From the NCBI RefSeq assembly GCF_035084215.1, contig NC_090343.1, forward strand, positions 44,392,001 to 44,456,000: a DNA stretch of 64,000 bases, given 5' to 3'. Position 1 is the stretch's first letter; each line of letters opens with the position of its first letter. The notes under the pieces are model-generated. The model worked only from the letters and a program-made list of their open reading frames with translations, was not told the origin of the DNA and made no database searches. The translations under genes were made by a program, and so were the position numbers. Of this stretch, positions 1 through 12,925 are shown piece by piece. The DNA is from Heptranchias perlo. Taxonomy: Eukaryota.

Positions 1-358
1 GACGTGAGACATAACCCAGGCTGGCATTTCTGTTCCGCACTGAGGAAGTGCCTTCTGTCAGGTGAGGCATTAAACCCTTTCACGTGGATATAAAAGATCC
101 CATGGCACTATTTGAAAAAGAGCAAGGGAGTTTTCCCCGGAGTCCCAGGCAATATTTATCCCTCAACCAACATCACTAAAACATCTGATCTTTATCACAT
201 TGCTGTGTGTGGGACCCTGCTGTGTGCAAACTGGCTGCTGTGTTTTCTACATTACAATAGTGACTACACTTCAAAAGTACTTCATTGTATTTCAAAGTAA
301 AGCACTTTAGGATGTGCTGGAGTCATGAAAGGTTCGATGTAAATGCAAGTTGTTGTTG
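1..358 (+). mobile_element. Deu-domain SINE (SacSINE1-like), 5' end outside the window
   Basis: Core taaaagatcccatggcactatttgaa...aatatttatccctcaaccaac and the aaatgcaagttgttgtt tail shared with other copies. Confidence 0.8.
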
Positions 359-448
359 GTGTTTATATCATCCAGCTGTGCCCTGATTGGAGTAATACAC
401 ATAACTATTTTTCTTAATTGCCCTCCACCCAATATTTTCTCCCTCCCT

Positions 449-698
449 CCTCTGAAGGTGCTGATTCTCACTGGGCACCCCCTCTGAAGGTGCTGATTCT
501 CACTGGGCATCCCCTCTGAAGGTACTGATTCTCACTGGGCACCCCCTCTGAAGGTGCTGATTCTCACTGGGCACCCCCTCTAAAGGTACTAATTCTCACT
601 GGGCACCCCCTCTGAAGGTGCTGATTCTCACTGGGCACCCCCTCTGAAGGTGCTGATTCTCACTGGGCATTCCCTCTGAAGGTGCTGATTCTCACTGG
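449..698. repeat. Minisatellite, 32-bp unit, about 8 copies
   Basis: Unit cctctgaaggtgctgattctcactgggcaccc; tctgaagg (or tctaaagg) recurs at 451, 483, 515, 547, 579, 611, 643, 675. Confidence 0.95.
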
Positions 699-1519
699 CC
701 ATCTCCCTGCCAATGATTAGAGGCATGTTGGTTTAGGTGGGCACTGCAGCTGAGCTTGAATCTGTCCTCACCCAAGGTCCACGCTCGTTCACTTTCCAGC
801 AGAAGTAGCAGAACCCCAGCCGATTCCCCCCTCACCAGCCCCCCCCCCAATCCATTCCCCCAGTCTCGGCTACCATCAGAGGCCAATTACAGCACCTCAG
901 CTGCTGCCACTGGTTGAAACCACCAAACTCAGCACAGAACAGTGATGGGTACTCTTCTTGGCCAATTAAAGGATATATTGCCTTTTCATAAACATTCATC
1001 AGTGTGACAGCGTGAATGACTGGATTTCCCCTGTTTGAAAAGGCTATTATCAAAAAAGAGGAATCATCTTTGTTAGAAAAGCTCTGGCCTCAGAAATCCA
1101 CAAAGTTTCCAAAGTTCATACAGCTGACAGGGAAACAATCACTTCCTCGATACTGAAAAATCCCAATTACATTTCAGGCATGACAATCTGAATCACTGAG
1201 GATAGTTAGGTTAACTGAGACTAGAGATATCAGTCACCACAACCTTCTGGTGTCTGCTTGATTGCCTTCAGAGACCAGAGTGGAATTTCCCAGAGTTTTG
1301 TTTTCCTAAATTGGCCCAAGTTGTGTTTTCGCTGTTTTTTTTTACCTCTACCTTGTGTGACTGAGGAAGGAGGGAGAGGTTTATGGTGCGTGTGGGTTGC
1401 ACATGTCGGGATCGAACAGCTGATCTTTTCCGACCCTTTTCGGTATGTTTGTCTGAGTGCCTTGACTTTCAACCCTGTGACATCCTTCTACACGATGTGT
1501 CCTTTATTGAGCCATTGCA

Positions 1520-1704
1520 GGGGCAATTTTAACCTAACCCGCCCATTGGAAGACTGATGGGATTGGGTGTAACACTGGTATTACACCCCGCCCAATTTTA
1601 CTCTCCAATGAAGTCAGTAGAGAGCAATATTGGGCGGGGTGCAAAATGGCGTTCCACCCGATCCAGTGGGCTTCCCGTCCAGCAAGTGAGGTTAAAATTA
1701 CCCC
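1520..1704. mobile_element. Palindromic MITE-like non-autonomous DNA element
   Basis: Termini ggggcaattttaacct / aggttaaaattacccc; internal caccccgcccaat...attgggcggggtg also inverted. Confidence 0.7.
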
Positions 1705-2175
1705 CTTTGTCTCTTTTTCTCTCTAATATTCTCCTTTCTCTCCTGAAGGCAAGGACTCTTTCAGTGGTACGATTTCATGGGGTCCACTGCCCTCCTGTAC
1801 CGTGCCCAAGTGACTGTTCGTTGGGTGTGAGTCAGACTCTGAGTGTTCAATTACGAACGACATCAGAGCTTACCCAGAGCCTGTCCCCAGCAAACATTTA
1901 CATACATGCACTTTCCATGTGGCAAGCACTCTGGCTAATTTTCCTCTCCATGGACCCAGTGCACTGAGACCGCTGCCTGACTGAGACCAGCTAAATCAGA
2001 TCAGGGATTAACCAAGGATCATCCAGTGTATAGGGCTCAGGCCCATGTTGGATGCTGCTGTTGCCCGCTTGGCCATTAGCTGTGAAGCGCTTTGGGACAT
2101 CCTGAGGTCATGTAAGGCGCTATATAAATGCAAGTCTTTCTTTCTTACCTCACTCAAGTTCAATTAACGAATGGT

Positions 2176-2420
2176 TAGAATCATAGAATCATACAGCACA
2201 GTAGCAGGCCATTCAGACCATCATGTCTGTGCTGGCCCTTTGAAAGAGCTATCCAATTAATCCCACTCCCCTGCTCTTTCCCCATAGCCCTGCAAATTTT
2301 CCTCTTCAAGTATATATCCAATTCTCTTTTGAAAGTTATTATTAAATCTGCTTCCACCACCCTTTCAGGCAGTGCATTCCAGATTGCAACAACTCGCTAC
2401 GTAAAAAATGTTTCTCCACG
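2176..2420 (-). mobile_element. CR1 LINE 3' end fragment
   Basis: tagaatcatagaatcatacagcac tail and 3'UTR like the copies at 12.2, 14.3 and 47.8 kb. Confidence 0.75.
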
Positions 2421-2629
2421 TTGGCTATTGACATCCAATGCCCCGTGTGTTGGTTGAACACACCAGGGATCTCACTGCCACCTAGATTTTGGCCATTAAA
2501 GGCTCTATCACCACTCTGTTGCTGAATTAGGTATCTTCAGTCAGGGCCACATTGGATGGAGGGGAGAACAATAACAATAAAGGTCTGTGACCTTTTAATT
2601 TTGAACGGTGACACACTCCCATCCTGTAT

Positions 2630-3275
2630 TTCCCAGTGAGTAATTCACCGCATGGTGTGGTACACCCAGCAGCAAAGACTCAGCTTCGATCCCTGGTTTA
2701 TAAAGAAACAGCTGATCACAGCTGGGAGGGGGATGCTAGAGTTAGCCTCAATGTCCCAGCGCTAAGGAGGCAGGAAAAAAAAACAGCCAGAGTTCCCGCT
2801 CCTGATTATCGGTGAATCCTGCTGGAAAGTGTACGGGAGTAGTCCTCAACTTCATTGGGGGTGGAAAACCAGCGGTACCGGATCAATCGCCCATTTGACA
2901 CCCGCCCGCCCGATTTTCCTTTCCATTTACTTCATGTGTCTGGGCTGTTATAAATTGGATAGCCAGGTGGAGAAGGATAGAATACTAGAACCTGGTCTTC
3001 AGTTGCTTCCAAGCCTTTATTCACAGAACTCCCCCTTACACATCGCATACCCTCTAGATAAGCTCCCTCCTATAAATGGATACAAGAGAGTCCCTAATTG
3101 ATGCGCACCACCTGAATACAATTAACACTAATTGATATAAATCACATGGATACAATTAACATGGCCATCTGGTAAGGGCAGGATCAGGATTGGTTGCCAT
3201 GTGGCCATGGTCAAGTTGTCTGTAAATATTCAAAGTCTATGCTTACCCATGAAGGATGGCATCTTGGGTGAGGTA
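2630..3275 (+). mobile_element. Ancient tRNA-derived SINE (AmnSINE2-like), interrupted by a MITE fragment and a solo LTR
   Basis: ttcgatccctgg B-box-like head, cagccagagttcccgctcctgat...cctgctggaaagtg body; resumes after 3161. Confidence 0.6.
2946..3161 (-). mobile_element. Solo LTR (216 bp, Gypsy-like)
   Basis: TGTTA...TAACA inverted termini, near-duplicated flanks tgggc/tggcc, minus-strand TATA-like element (~3070) upstream of AATAAA (~3016-3021). Confidence 0.65.
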
Positions 3276-3694
3276 AGAAAGAAAGACCTCAGGACGTCTC
3301 AAAGTGCTTCACGGCCAATTAAGTTATTGAGGTGTAGTCACTGTTGTAATGTAGGAAACGTGGCAGCCAATTTGGACACAGCAAGGTCCCACAAACAGTA
3401 ATGTGATAATGACCAGATAATCAGTTTTAGTGATGTTGGTTGAGGGATAAATATTGGCCTGGACACTGGGGAGAACTCCCCTGCTGTTCTTCAAAATAGT
3501 GCCATGGGATCTTTAAGGTCGACTTGAGAGGGCAGACGGATCCTTGGTTTAACATCTCATCTGAAAGACGGTACCTCCCGCAGTACCGCACTGACGTGTC
3601 AGCCTAGATTTTGTGCTCAAGTTTCTGGAGTGGGAGTTTAATGCACAACCTTCTGACTCAGAGGCCAGAGTGCTACCACTGAGCCATGGCTGAC
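3275..3694 (-). mobile_element. Deu-domain SINE (SacSINE1-like), near full length
   Basis: Reverse complement of gtcagccatggctcagtggtagcactc head through the tail. Confidence 0.85.
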
Positions 3695-5004
3695 ACCTGA
3701 TGGCTGCTGGAATCTATGAAACTGTACAGCAGCAGGTCGAGCCAGCAGACAGTGAGAGCACACACAAACAAAATAACCACCACTAAAATTTAAAATGTAA
3801 ACAAATTCCCAAACATTTCAAATTAGTGATAAGAAGAGATTTTCACACAAAATTCCGCTCTTTGGTTCCTTTTCTTTTTAATGGAGCAGCTTTAAAATAA
3901 GATTTAGTCTGATCTTTCGCTGTTCAAATGTATCTGTTACGATTTTTGCAGTCAGTCAACATTTTTCTCCGGATAACCTCTCACTAAAAACACTGCCGTC
4001 ATTGTACTCTGAAGAAGCTGTAATCCTCCGCAAAAATGTTGCTCCACTCGTACAACAACCAGTTGTTTGTGCCAGATAAATACCACTTCAATGGGTTACA
4101 ACTAGAGGAACTTAAATTATGCTTCTTGTACTCATGTCTTAATGTAAAGAGTGATTTTAACTGTCTTTAACTCTGGTGGGAATTTTCTATATCCTGTACT
4201 AGGTTAAGTCCAGTCTTGCAGCTAGCTTTGGCTCATATGCCAAGTGCCTTAATTAATAACTTGCTTTATATAAATGAAGCAAAGCTATTAACAGTATAGA
4301 TACTGTACACCCTCTGATAGTGCATGTGTGAGGTTACAAAAGCTCTTAACAGCGTGGTATAGGAATGGCAATTATTGCGAGGCTTATTTGCCCATTGGAG
4401 GAAGAAAAATATAGTTTGGGGAGTCTCAGTACAGTTCTAAGAATGCATTGAGCCCACAGCACAGAAATCAACCTTAAATTCACACTATCTGGCACTAAAT
4501 AGTGGGGATCTTTAAAATCAGTTCTTAACCGATTTCCACTGATAAATTCCCGGATTTTTTTTGGATAGTAAATCAGTTAAAAACTGATTTCCTCCTGAAT
4601 TTGAGTGGAAATAAAGAAAATTTCCCATTGTTTTCTTGCTAAAAATCGCATCTGCGCTGTCAGCATGTATGCTGCGTACTGTAGTTGCAGACATGATGTC
4701 ACAAATCCATCTCTGGACCGTCTTTGGCAGAAAAAGAAATGAAGCCTGTGTAATTTGGATTTTGTTAAAGGGGACTTGGATCTTCTTGAGGTATTGCTAT
4801 AGGTATGAAATTATTTATACTGCAGTGTGTCAGTCTTTTATTCCTAGTTAAGTATGAAGCAAGGACAGCAGTGAACTGACACAGTTACCACACACTGACA
4901 GTCCCCTGAAGACTGAAGACATCAATCAAAGGCCGACTCAGGTCACACACCAAGGCATTGTTCACTAAAACCAAGATCACAACTGTTCCCCTGGGCATAA
5001 TCTC

Positions 5005-5720
5005 CAACAAAGAAAAGAACTTGCATTTATGTAGTGCCTTTCACGTCCGAAGGGCATCCCAAAGCCCTTTACAGCTACTGAACTACTTTTGACATACAGT
5101 CACTGTTGGTATGTAGGAAAATGCAGCAGCCGATTCAAACACAGCAAGTTCCCACAAACAGCAATGAGATGGACAACTAGGTAACCTGTTTTGGTGGTGT
5201 AGATTGAGGGCTATATATTGACGAGTACACTAGGAGAACTCTTCTACTCTTCTCTGAATACCATCATGGGATCATTTATGTCCATCTGAGACAGCAGACG
5301 GGGCCTCAATTTAACATCTCGTCCAAAAGTCAGCAACACCCACAATGCAGCACTCCCTCAGTACTGCACTCAAACGCCGGCCTAGATTACAAGCTCCAGT
5401 CCTGGAGTGAGGCTTGATCCCACAACGTTCTGACTCAGAGGTGTGAGTGTGACTACTGAGTTTAGATTTTGTACACAGTAAGATCCCACAAATTAGCATT
5501 GCAATGAGTGATTAGCTGAACGGTGTTTTTGGTAGTATTGTAAGGAATGGGAGAACGCCTCGCTCTTCTTCCATTTGTGCCATGGGATCTTTAACATCCA
5601 CCTGAATCAGGACCTTGCTTTAACATCTCCTCAAATAATGCAGTACTCCTTCAGTGACAGCTTAAATTATAAATTCAAACTCGTGATATGGGACTTGAAT
5701 CCACAAATCTCTGACCAAAA
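5005..5720 (-). mobile_element. Two tandem diverged Deu-domain SINE copies
   Basis: Same core (catgggatc, ttaacatctc, gcactccctcagtactgcact) twice; the second copy is more decayed. Confidence 0.7.
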
Positions 5721-7710
5721 TTAACACAGCCTGGCAATTAACTTATAAAAACTGCCTGCAGTGAAATTTTGAGGGAATGCCAAAGATGGAGATTCCAATG
5801 GGATTCACTCATGAATTCCTGGTATTTTTAATCCCTATATACTCAGTTCAAAATTAAATATAACAGCATGTAATTTGTAGTTTCAGGGAGACTCAGAGAG
5901 CAGGATAGATTTAACATTCAGATTTGAACACAATACAATCCATTTTTTTAAACTTTTGTGCTTATTAAGGTGAGGGATGTTAGCACTGAGGAATGGAACT
6001 ATTGCAGCCACTCAGTATCAGCATCAAGCACTCCCAGATCAGGTCTAACAGCCAGATACAGAAAAAAGCTCCCTCCGACTGCCCGACTACATGCCTCAGC
6101 CCCAGTCTTAGAAGAGAGACTCCTACTGCACCAAGCCTCATATTTTTTCCATTTCCCACACCAGCTATCCCCTGGACCTCTGAGTGAGATTGCTAGATAG
6201 TGCTGTTTTATGCCTTAGGCCTATGCTAGAAACTGCATTGAGACTGTCCAAACCTATTTACATAGGATCTTTACAGCTAGCAGGTAGAGGAGACTCTCAT
6301 CCCATCAGTGTGAGCTGGAGTTAAGCTCAGGCCATCCAGTTCTTTTTTAACGCTTCCTTGCAGCTCCCTGATGTGCCTACCTGCCCCATCTGGTGGGCAA
6401 AGAGAAGATGATCTCTCAGGACTCCTGCAGTGCTGCTATATTACACGTGTGTAATCTGGCCTGAATGACTCTTCCTTCCATTTTTCTCTCCTTATCTGTG
6501 GGAACGCACCTGGCCTCTGCTCAACACTTCCTTGTGAAATGGCGACTGAGATCAGAAAGTGTACTGCACCCTGTAGACTACTGTTGCTGATATGAGCACA
6601 AACGTTTAATGTGTTCAAAAGAACATTCTCGTCTTCACTATTTAAATGCAGATTAATGCAGATTAATAGATTGATGCCACCATCAATCCAATCAAATCTT
6701 TATCCCGGTTTGCTAAGTGGTTCTGGCTGACGACGGTTCTAGAACGCTCCGTCTATCTACTACCCTCAGATACAACTTCCCTCATTTATTTTCAGACATG
6801 TTTTGAACATCGGGTTTTTGCTTATGCAAAACAAAAAGCAGAAAAGATAGCAGCGAGAAAGCAGAGAGTGAGGTGTCCGTGCTTCTATCTTGTTCTGTAT
6901 CTGGTCTGCGAGGGTTTTTTCTGTGAAAACTCCCCCAGCATCTTGTGGTTTCACACATTAACAGACATCTGGTTCCCTCCTGTCAGGAACACACCCAGTG
7001 CAAGATTCGAATGTTATTCTATTATATTTACAGTAATTTGTACTTAATATAGTCATAGTAGTCTGTGGTGCAGCACTTAAAGAAGGAATTACTGTCTGCA
7101 CGTTTCTTGTGCTGATGTTTCTCCCCTTTTCCCCCCCTCCTTCTCTCTGAAGACATACAGTCCTATCTGGGATACTGTGTCGTTGATGCCAACCACCTTT
7201 CAGTACCTCCTCCAAATGGCTTTTCTTCAGTGAATGGTGGTGGACTGTTCAACTGTAGAGGGCGTTAACAGCTGAGCCCATTCCTGTCCTTACTCAATGA
7301 CCACACATGTGTACTTAGTGGAGTGGGGGGGAGGTTCACAGGAGAGCAATCAGGAGCATAGACCCTGGCTTGTTTGTCTCCTACCTAATCCAAAGATGTT
7401 GAGGCCAACTGTAGCTCCCCAGTTGCCGACCCAACTGGCTTCAGCTAACTTAATATAGCTGCGTGGATAGTGAAATGCCTGGGAGACAGAAAGAAGAGAA
7501 TAGGGGTTTATGTTTTTTTATAGATTGGTGGGATGTAGGTGATGGGATCTGTGCTGGGACCTCTTTGGTTTTCCATTTATGTAAATGATCTAGACATGGG
7601 CACAAGATGAATGATATAGAAGTTTGCTGATCATACCAAATTAGGCATAGCAAACTGTAGAAAAATGCAGGAGATTGCAAGATGGCATAGACAGGTTAGA
7701 GGAGTGGGCA

Positions 7711-8065
7711 GAACATAAGAACATAAGAAATAGGAGCAGAGTAAGCCATACAGCCCCTCGAGCTGCTCCACCATTCAATAAGATCATGGCTGATCTTTGG
7801 TCTCAACTCCACTTTCCCACCCGATCCCCATATCCCTTGATTCCCCTACAGTCCAAAAATCTTTTGACCTCAGCTTTGAATATACTCAATGACTCAGCAT
7901 CCACAGCCCTCTGAGTGAAGAAATTACTCCTCATCTCAGTCTTAAATGGCCGACCCCTTAGCCTGAGACTATGCCCCCTAGTTCTAGACTCACCAGCCAG
8001 GGGAAACAACTTCTCAGCATCTACCCCATCAATCTCCCTCAGAATCTTATATGTTTCAATGAGAT
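7711..8065 (-). mobile_element. CR1 LINE 3' end (same family as the 33.4 kb and 60 kb copies)
   Basis: ORF FPLAGESRTRGHSLRLRGRPFKTEMRSNFFTQR; aacataagaacataagaaatagg tail. Confidence 0.85.
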
Positions 8066-8451
8066 GAGAGGTGACAGTGGCAGTTCAATGCAGAAAAATT
8101 GTGAAATAGTATACGTTAAGAAAAAAGACCTTGTGGAAGGACATATGCCCCAACTGGTAAGATTCTTAAAAGAGTGGAGGAACAGAGAGATCTAGGAGTG
8201 CAGATACATATATCTTTAAAGGTGGTAGATAGAGAAGTCTAGGTTCTATATATAGGTAGATCTTGGCACCTCGTTATAGGAAGGATATTAGTGTTGGGTA
8301 AAGGGTGCCATGAAGATTCACTGGAATGATATTGGGAATGAGAGGTTACAGTAATGAAAAAAGGCTAAAAAATTGAGGCCTTTTTCACTGCAAGAGAGCA
8401 AATTAATCTAATAGGAGTTTTCAAAATTATGAAAGGTCTTGAGAGGGTATG

Positions 8452-8850
8452 ATCAGCAGCCCATCCACCACCTTAAACATCCACTCCTTCCACCACCGTG
8501 GCAGCAGTATGTACTATCGACGGGATGCACTGCAGCAACTTGCCAAGGTTTCTTCGCGAGCAGTTCCCAAGCCCGCAAACTCCACCACCCAGAAGGACAA
8601 GGGCAGCAGGTGCATAGGAATACGATCACCTTCAAGTTCTCCTCCAAGTCGCACACCATCCCGAATTGGACATATATCATCATTCCTTCATCGTTGCTGG
8701 GTCAAACCTGGAACACAATGCCTAACAGCACTGTGGGAGCACCTTCACCACGCAGACTGCAGCGGTTCAAGAAGGCGGCTCACCACCACCTTCTCAAGGG
8801 CAACTAGGGATGGGCAATGAATACTGGCCTTGTTAGCGACGCCCATATCC
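8452..8850 (+). mobile_element. 3' fragment of second LINE family (CR1-clade 'family B')
   Basis: Matches 51355-51780 (ccatccaccaccttaaacatccactcc...gggatgggcaat). Confidence 0.85.
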
Positions 8851-9734
8851 CAAGAATATTTTTTTAAAAGAGTGAATGATTGTTTTTACTGGTTGGTGAA
8901 TTGGTAACAAAGTGACACAAACTCAAATAATCACCAGAAGGATGAAGGGGAAAGTCAGAAGAAATGTTTCACACAGAGTCAACACATTATCACAATATTG
9001 AGGCAGAAACTATAATATCATTTAAAAAGGAATTGGTGAGTATTTGAAAAAGTAATATGAGATACTAGTAAAGTGCCAGTGGCATTGTCCATGGTCAATT
9101 GATGAATATAAGTTTTTATATTCAAGATGGTGACTGAATTCAAAGATTTCAGAAACGTGCTCCACAGCGCCTCCTGGTGGCCATATACCTTTTAATATGT
9201 TTGTTCTCAGGATGTGGGTGATGCTTGCAAGGCCCATTTATTGCCAGTCCCTAAACACTCTGAATAGGTGATGGCGGGCATTCTCCTTGAGCCGCTGCAG
9301 TCCGTGTGGTGTTAGAGCCCGTAACTGCACAGCAACATTGAATGGGAAGTGTTGACATAGCAAACTATTGTTTGCTTTAAAACCAGCCTTTGTTCCAAAT
9401 AAATGGTTTTGTTTGCAGTCCTACAAGTGGTGGAAAGAATTGCCCAGGTCGCTATGTGACATTGTAAACATGTTAAAAAATAAACATGTTTAGCGTGTCA
9501 CTGCACATAGCAACCAGAACAATTCATCCACCCTATTTTTAGACGTTCTAGCTAGCCACATCTCCTGGATGTGTATATAATTAAAATGGAAATCATCCAA
9601 ACACTCACATCACTTTCACTGAACTGATCTAAAGATACAGCCTCTCTTGCAACTTGACTTACTTGTCTTTTTAATACATTCAGACTATCTTCCCCAGTCT
9701 TCCTTTCCCCTGCAATCTGCAGCCTGAAATCACC

Positions 9735-10173
9735 TAATCAGCATTTCTTGTCTCCTGACCTACATTGGCTCCCGGTCCAGCAACACCTCAATTTTAAAAT
9801 TCTCATCCTTGTGTTCAAATCCCTCCATGGCCTCGCCCCTCCCTATCTCTGAAACCTCCTCCAGCCCTACAACCCGCGAGATCTCTGTGTCCTTACAATT
9901 CTGGCCTTTTGTCCATCCCTGACTTCCTTTGCCCCGCCATAGGCATCCGTGTCTTCAGCTGCCTAGGCCCTAAGCTCTGCAATTCCCTCCCTAAACCTCT
10001 CCACCTCTCTACCTCTCTCTCCTCCTTTAAACGCTTCTTAAAATGTATCTCTTTCACCTGTCCTAATGTCTCCTTTGGCTCGGCGTCAATTTTTGTCTGA
10101 TTACACTCCTGTAAAGCGCCTTGGGATGTTTTACTGCGATAAAAGGTGCCAAACAAATGCAAGTTGTTGTTGT
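9735..10173 (+). mobile_element. L2 LINE 3' end
   Basis: tacattggctcccggtc...ttttaaaattctcatcct (LHWLP motif) and aaatgcaagttgttgttg tail. Confidence 0.8.
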
Positions 10174-10667
10174 ATTATGGTCCCTGATCCTCAACCCAGG
10201 TGTCCCAGTTTTTAAAAAATCCAAATGGTGATATCTCTACATTTTATCTTCATTTCATTTTATAATTCTTGCTGAATTGAATACAAAATGTATGAAAAAC
10301 ACAAGGTCTGTTTAAAAAGGCACATTGTACAAACAAACATCTCCTTTTGATACAAGCTCAGGAAGTCTGTTAAACCACAGCTTATGAGATGGGGAAGGGT
10401 ACTTTACTTGTGAAAGTCCCTTTGTGACAGGCAAACACACATACTGAGCTCCCATAAGAGTGACATGGCTGCAGCAGAGTACTGGTTTGCTGCGATATCA
10501 AAGGGAATTACCTAATAGGCCAATTGCACTGCATACTTTTCATCGGTTTTGTAGAACCGATGGGCGGTTCATATTTTGGCGTGCGGCGTGAGAACATGAT
10601 AAGGAGGTAGATTCACACTTGCTTTGCACTAGCTGTGGTATAGCTGCAATCAGTGCAAAGCGAAGTT

Positions 10668-11135
10668 TAAGAAAAGAAAGAGCTTGCATTTATATAGCGC
10701 CTTTCATGACCTCGGGACGTTCCAAAGTGCTTCATAGCCAATTAGTACTTTTGAAGTGTAGTCTCTGTTGTAAGGTAGGGAAACGCAGCAGCCAACATGC
10801 ACACACTAAGATTTCACAAACAGCAATGAGATAATGACCAGATAATCTGTTTTACTGGTGTTGATTGTGGGATAAATATTGGCCAGGACACTGGGAGAAC
10901 TTCCTTGTTCTTTTTCGAGTAGTGACATGGGATTTTTTTTATAGTCACCTGAGGGGGCAGACGGGGCCTTGGTTTAACAGCTCATTTAAAAGGCAGCACC
11001 TCCAACAGTGCAGCTCTCCCTCAGTACTGCACTGGAGTGTCAGCCTAGATTATGTGCTCAAGTCTCTGGAGTGGAGCTTGAACCCACAATCTTCTAACTC
11101 AGAGGCAAAAGTGCTACCACTGAGCCAAGACTGAC
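10668..11135 (-). mobile_element. Deu-domain SINE (SacSINE1-like), full length
   Basis: Complete head, core and tail on the minus strand. Confidence 0.85.
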
Positions 11136-11267
11136 ACATTTAAAAAAGTTAACTATGCAAACTTTCTTAACTCCCACCCTAGCAGAAAGCTGAAAGTCCT
11201 GTTAGCTCTACACTGATATTAAAATTTAGCCGACACTGGATTACCAATGAGCATAGCCAGCTTGAGT

Positions 11268-11515
11268 GTCAGCCTTGACTCATTGGTAACACTTTCACCT
11301 TTGAGTGAGAAGGTCATGGGTTCAAGCCCCACATAATCTAGGCTGGCACTTCAGTGCAGTACTGGGGGAGTGCTGCACTGTCGGAGGTGCTGTCTTTCAG
11401 ATGAGATGTTAAACTGAGGCCTCGTCTGCAATCTCAGGTGGATGTAAAAGATCCCATTGCACTATTTGAAGAACAGGGGATTTTGTCCTGGACAACATTT
11501 ATCCCTCAACCAACA
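11268..11515 (+). mobile_element. Deu-domain SINE, 3'-truncated
   Basis: gtcagccttgactcattggtaacact...gggttcaagccccac tRNA-like A/B boxes, then the core. Confidence 0.8.
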
Positions 11516-12176
11516 TAGCTTGCTTGTACACAGATGAAAATTCAACTTTTCAACTGTAGAACAATATGGAATTAGCAGTATAACTTTCTCGGCTTGTATT
11601 AATAAAAGAAAGTGTTACCATCTTTGTTTTTAAAATATGCCTTTTAGAACAGACCTTGTATTTTTCACACATTCTGCCTCCCTCTGCAGATGCCTGTGAT
11701 GTAAATGCCCCCACAGACACTATCGGGAGTTCAATCCACAACCACAGACCTGTCTGTTACATTCCTAGAATGTTCTTATTTCTCACAGCTGAAATGCTCA
11801 TTGTATTCTAAGTGCTGCCACAAAAATATTATTATTGTTATTATTTAAACATTTACACATTACAGGCACAAAGGTTTTAGCGTATAATTTGTCAATCTCC
11901 CATGGTTTGCACATGGGGAGCCTAAACCAATTGTAGTCTTTAGGTTGAAGTTGGATTAGACTGTGGGGGATAATTGGACTAGGTGTAAGATTTTTAATAA
12001 GATATGGATGTATAATATAAAATATTCAGTCCCCATTTTAAAGTCGTACTTCTTTCCATATTTTTATATGACATATTTCTATATATTTTATTTTATATAT
12101 TACAGATATATAAGAAAGCTTACAGAAATTCAGGATGCAGAGAAGTACAGTTGATTGAAAGATAGGAGTTAGGAAG

Positions 12177-12925
12177 ATAGAAACATAGAAAAATTTACAG
12201 CACAGAAGGAGGCCATTCGGCCCATCGTGTCTGTGACAGTCGAAAAAGGGCCACCCAGCCTAATCCCACTTTCTAGCACTTGGTCCATAGCCTTGTAGGT
12301 TATGACACTTCAAGTGCATATCCAAGTACTTTTTAAATGCGATGAGGGTTTCTGTCTCTACCACCCTTTCAGGCAGTGAGTTCCAGACCCCCACCACCCT
12401 CTCGGTGAAAAAAATTGTTCTCAGCTCATCTCTAATCCTTCTACCAATTACTTTAAATCTATGCCCCCTGGTTATTGACCTCTCTGCTAAGGGAAATAGG
12501 TCCTTCCTATCCACTCTATCTAGGCCCCTCATAATTTTGTACATCTCAATTAAATCACCCCTCATCCTCCTCTGTTCCAAAGAAAACAACCCCAGCCTAT
12601 CCAATCTTTCCTCATAGCTAAAATTCTCCAGTCCTGGCAACATCCTCGTAAATCTCCTCTGTACCCTTTCTAGTGCAATCACATCTTTCCTGTAATGTGG
12701 TGACCAGAACTGTACGCAGTACTCAAGCTGTGGCCTAACTAGTGTTTTATACAGTTCTAGTATAACCTCCCTGCTCTTATATTCAATGCCTCGGTTAATA
12801 AAGGAAAGCATCCTGTATGCCTTCTTAATCCCAGTAGGGATCTGTGAACATGCACTCCAAGGTCCCTCTCTTCCTCTACACCTCTCAGTATCCTTCCATT
12901 TATTGTGTGATCCCTTGCCTTGTTT
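12177..12925 (-). mobile_element. CR1 LINE 3' fragment (ORF2 C-terminus)
   Basis: LYKTLVRPQLEYCVQFWSPHYRKDVIALERVQRRFTRM...RGHRFK...WNSLP. Confidence 0.9.

Larger units (their letters stand above)
7570..9060 (+). mobile_element. Old decayed CR1 RT/3' region with two nested younger insertions
   Basis: aagtttgctgatcataccaaa (FAD motif), ...acaggttagaggagtgggcag; continues after 8065 and after 8850. Confidence 0.65.

Noticed and set aside
449-698. CRISPR-like 32-bp periodic array
   Set aside because: Units are head-to-tail with no unique spacers, and the context is eukaryotic; it is a minisatellite.
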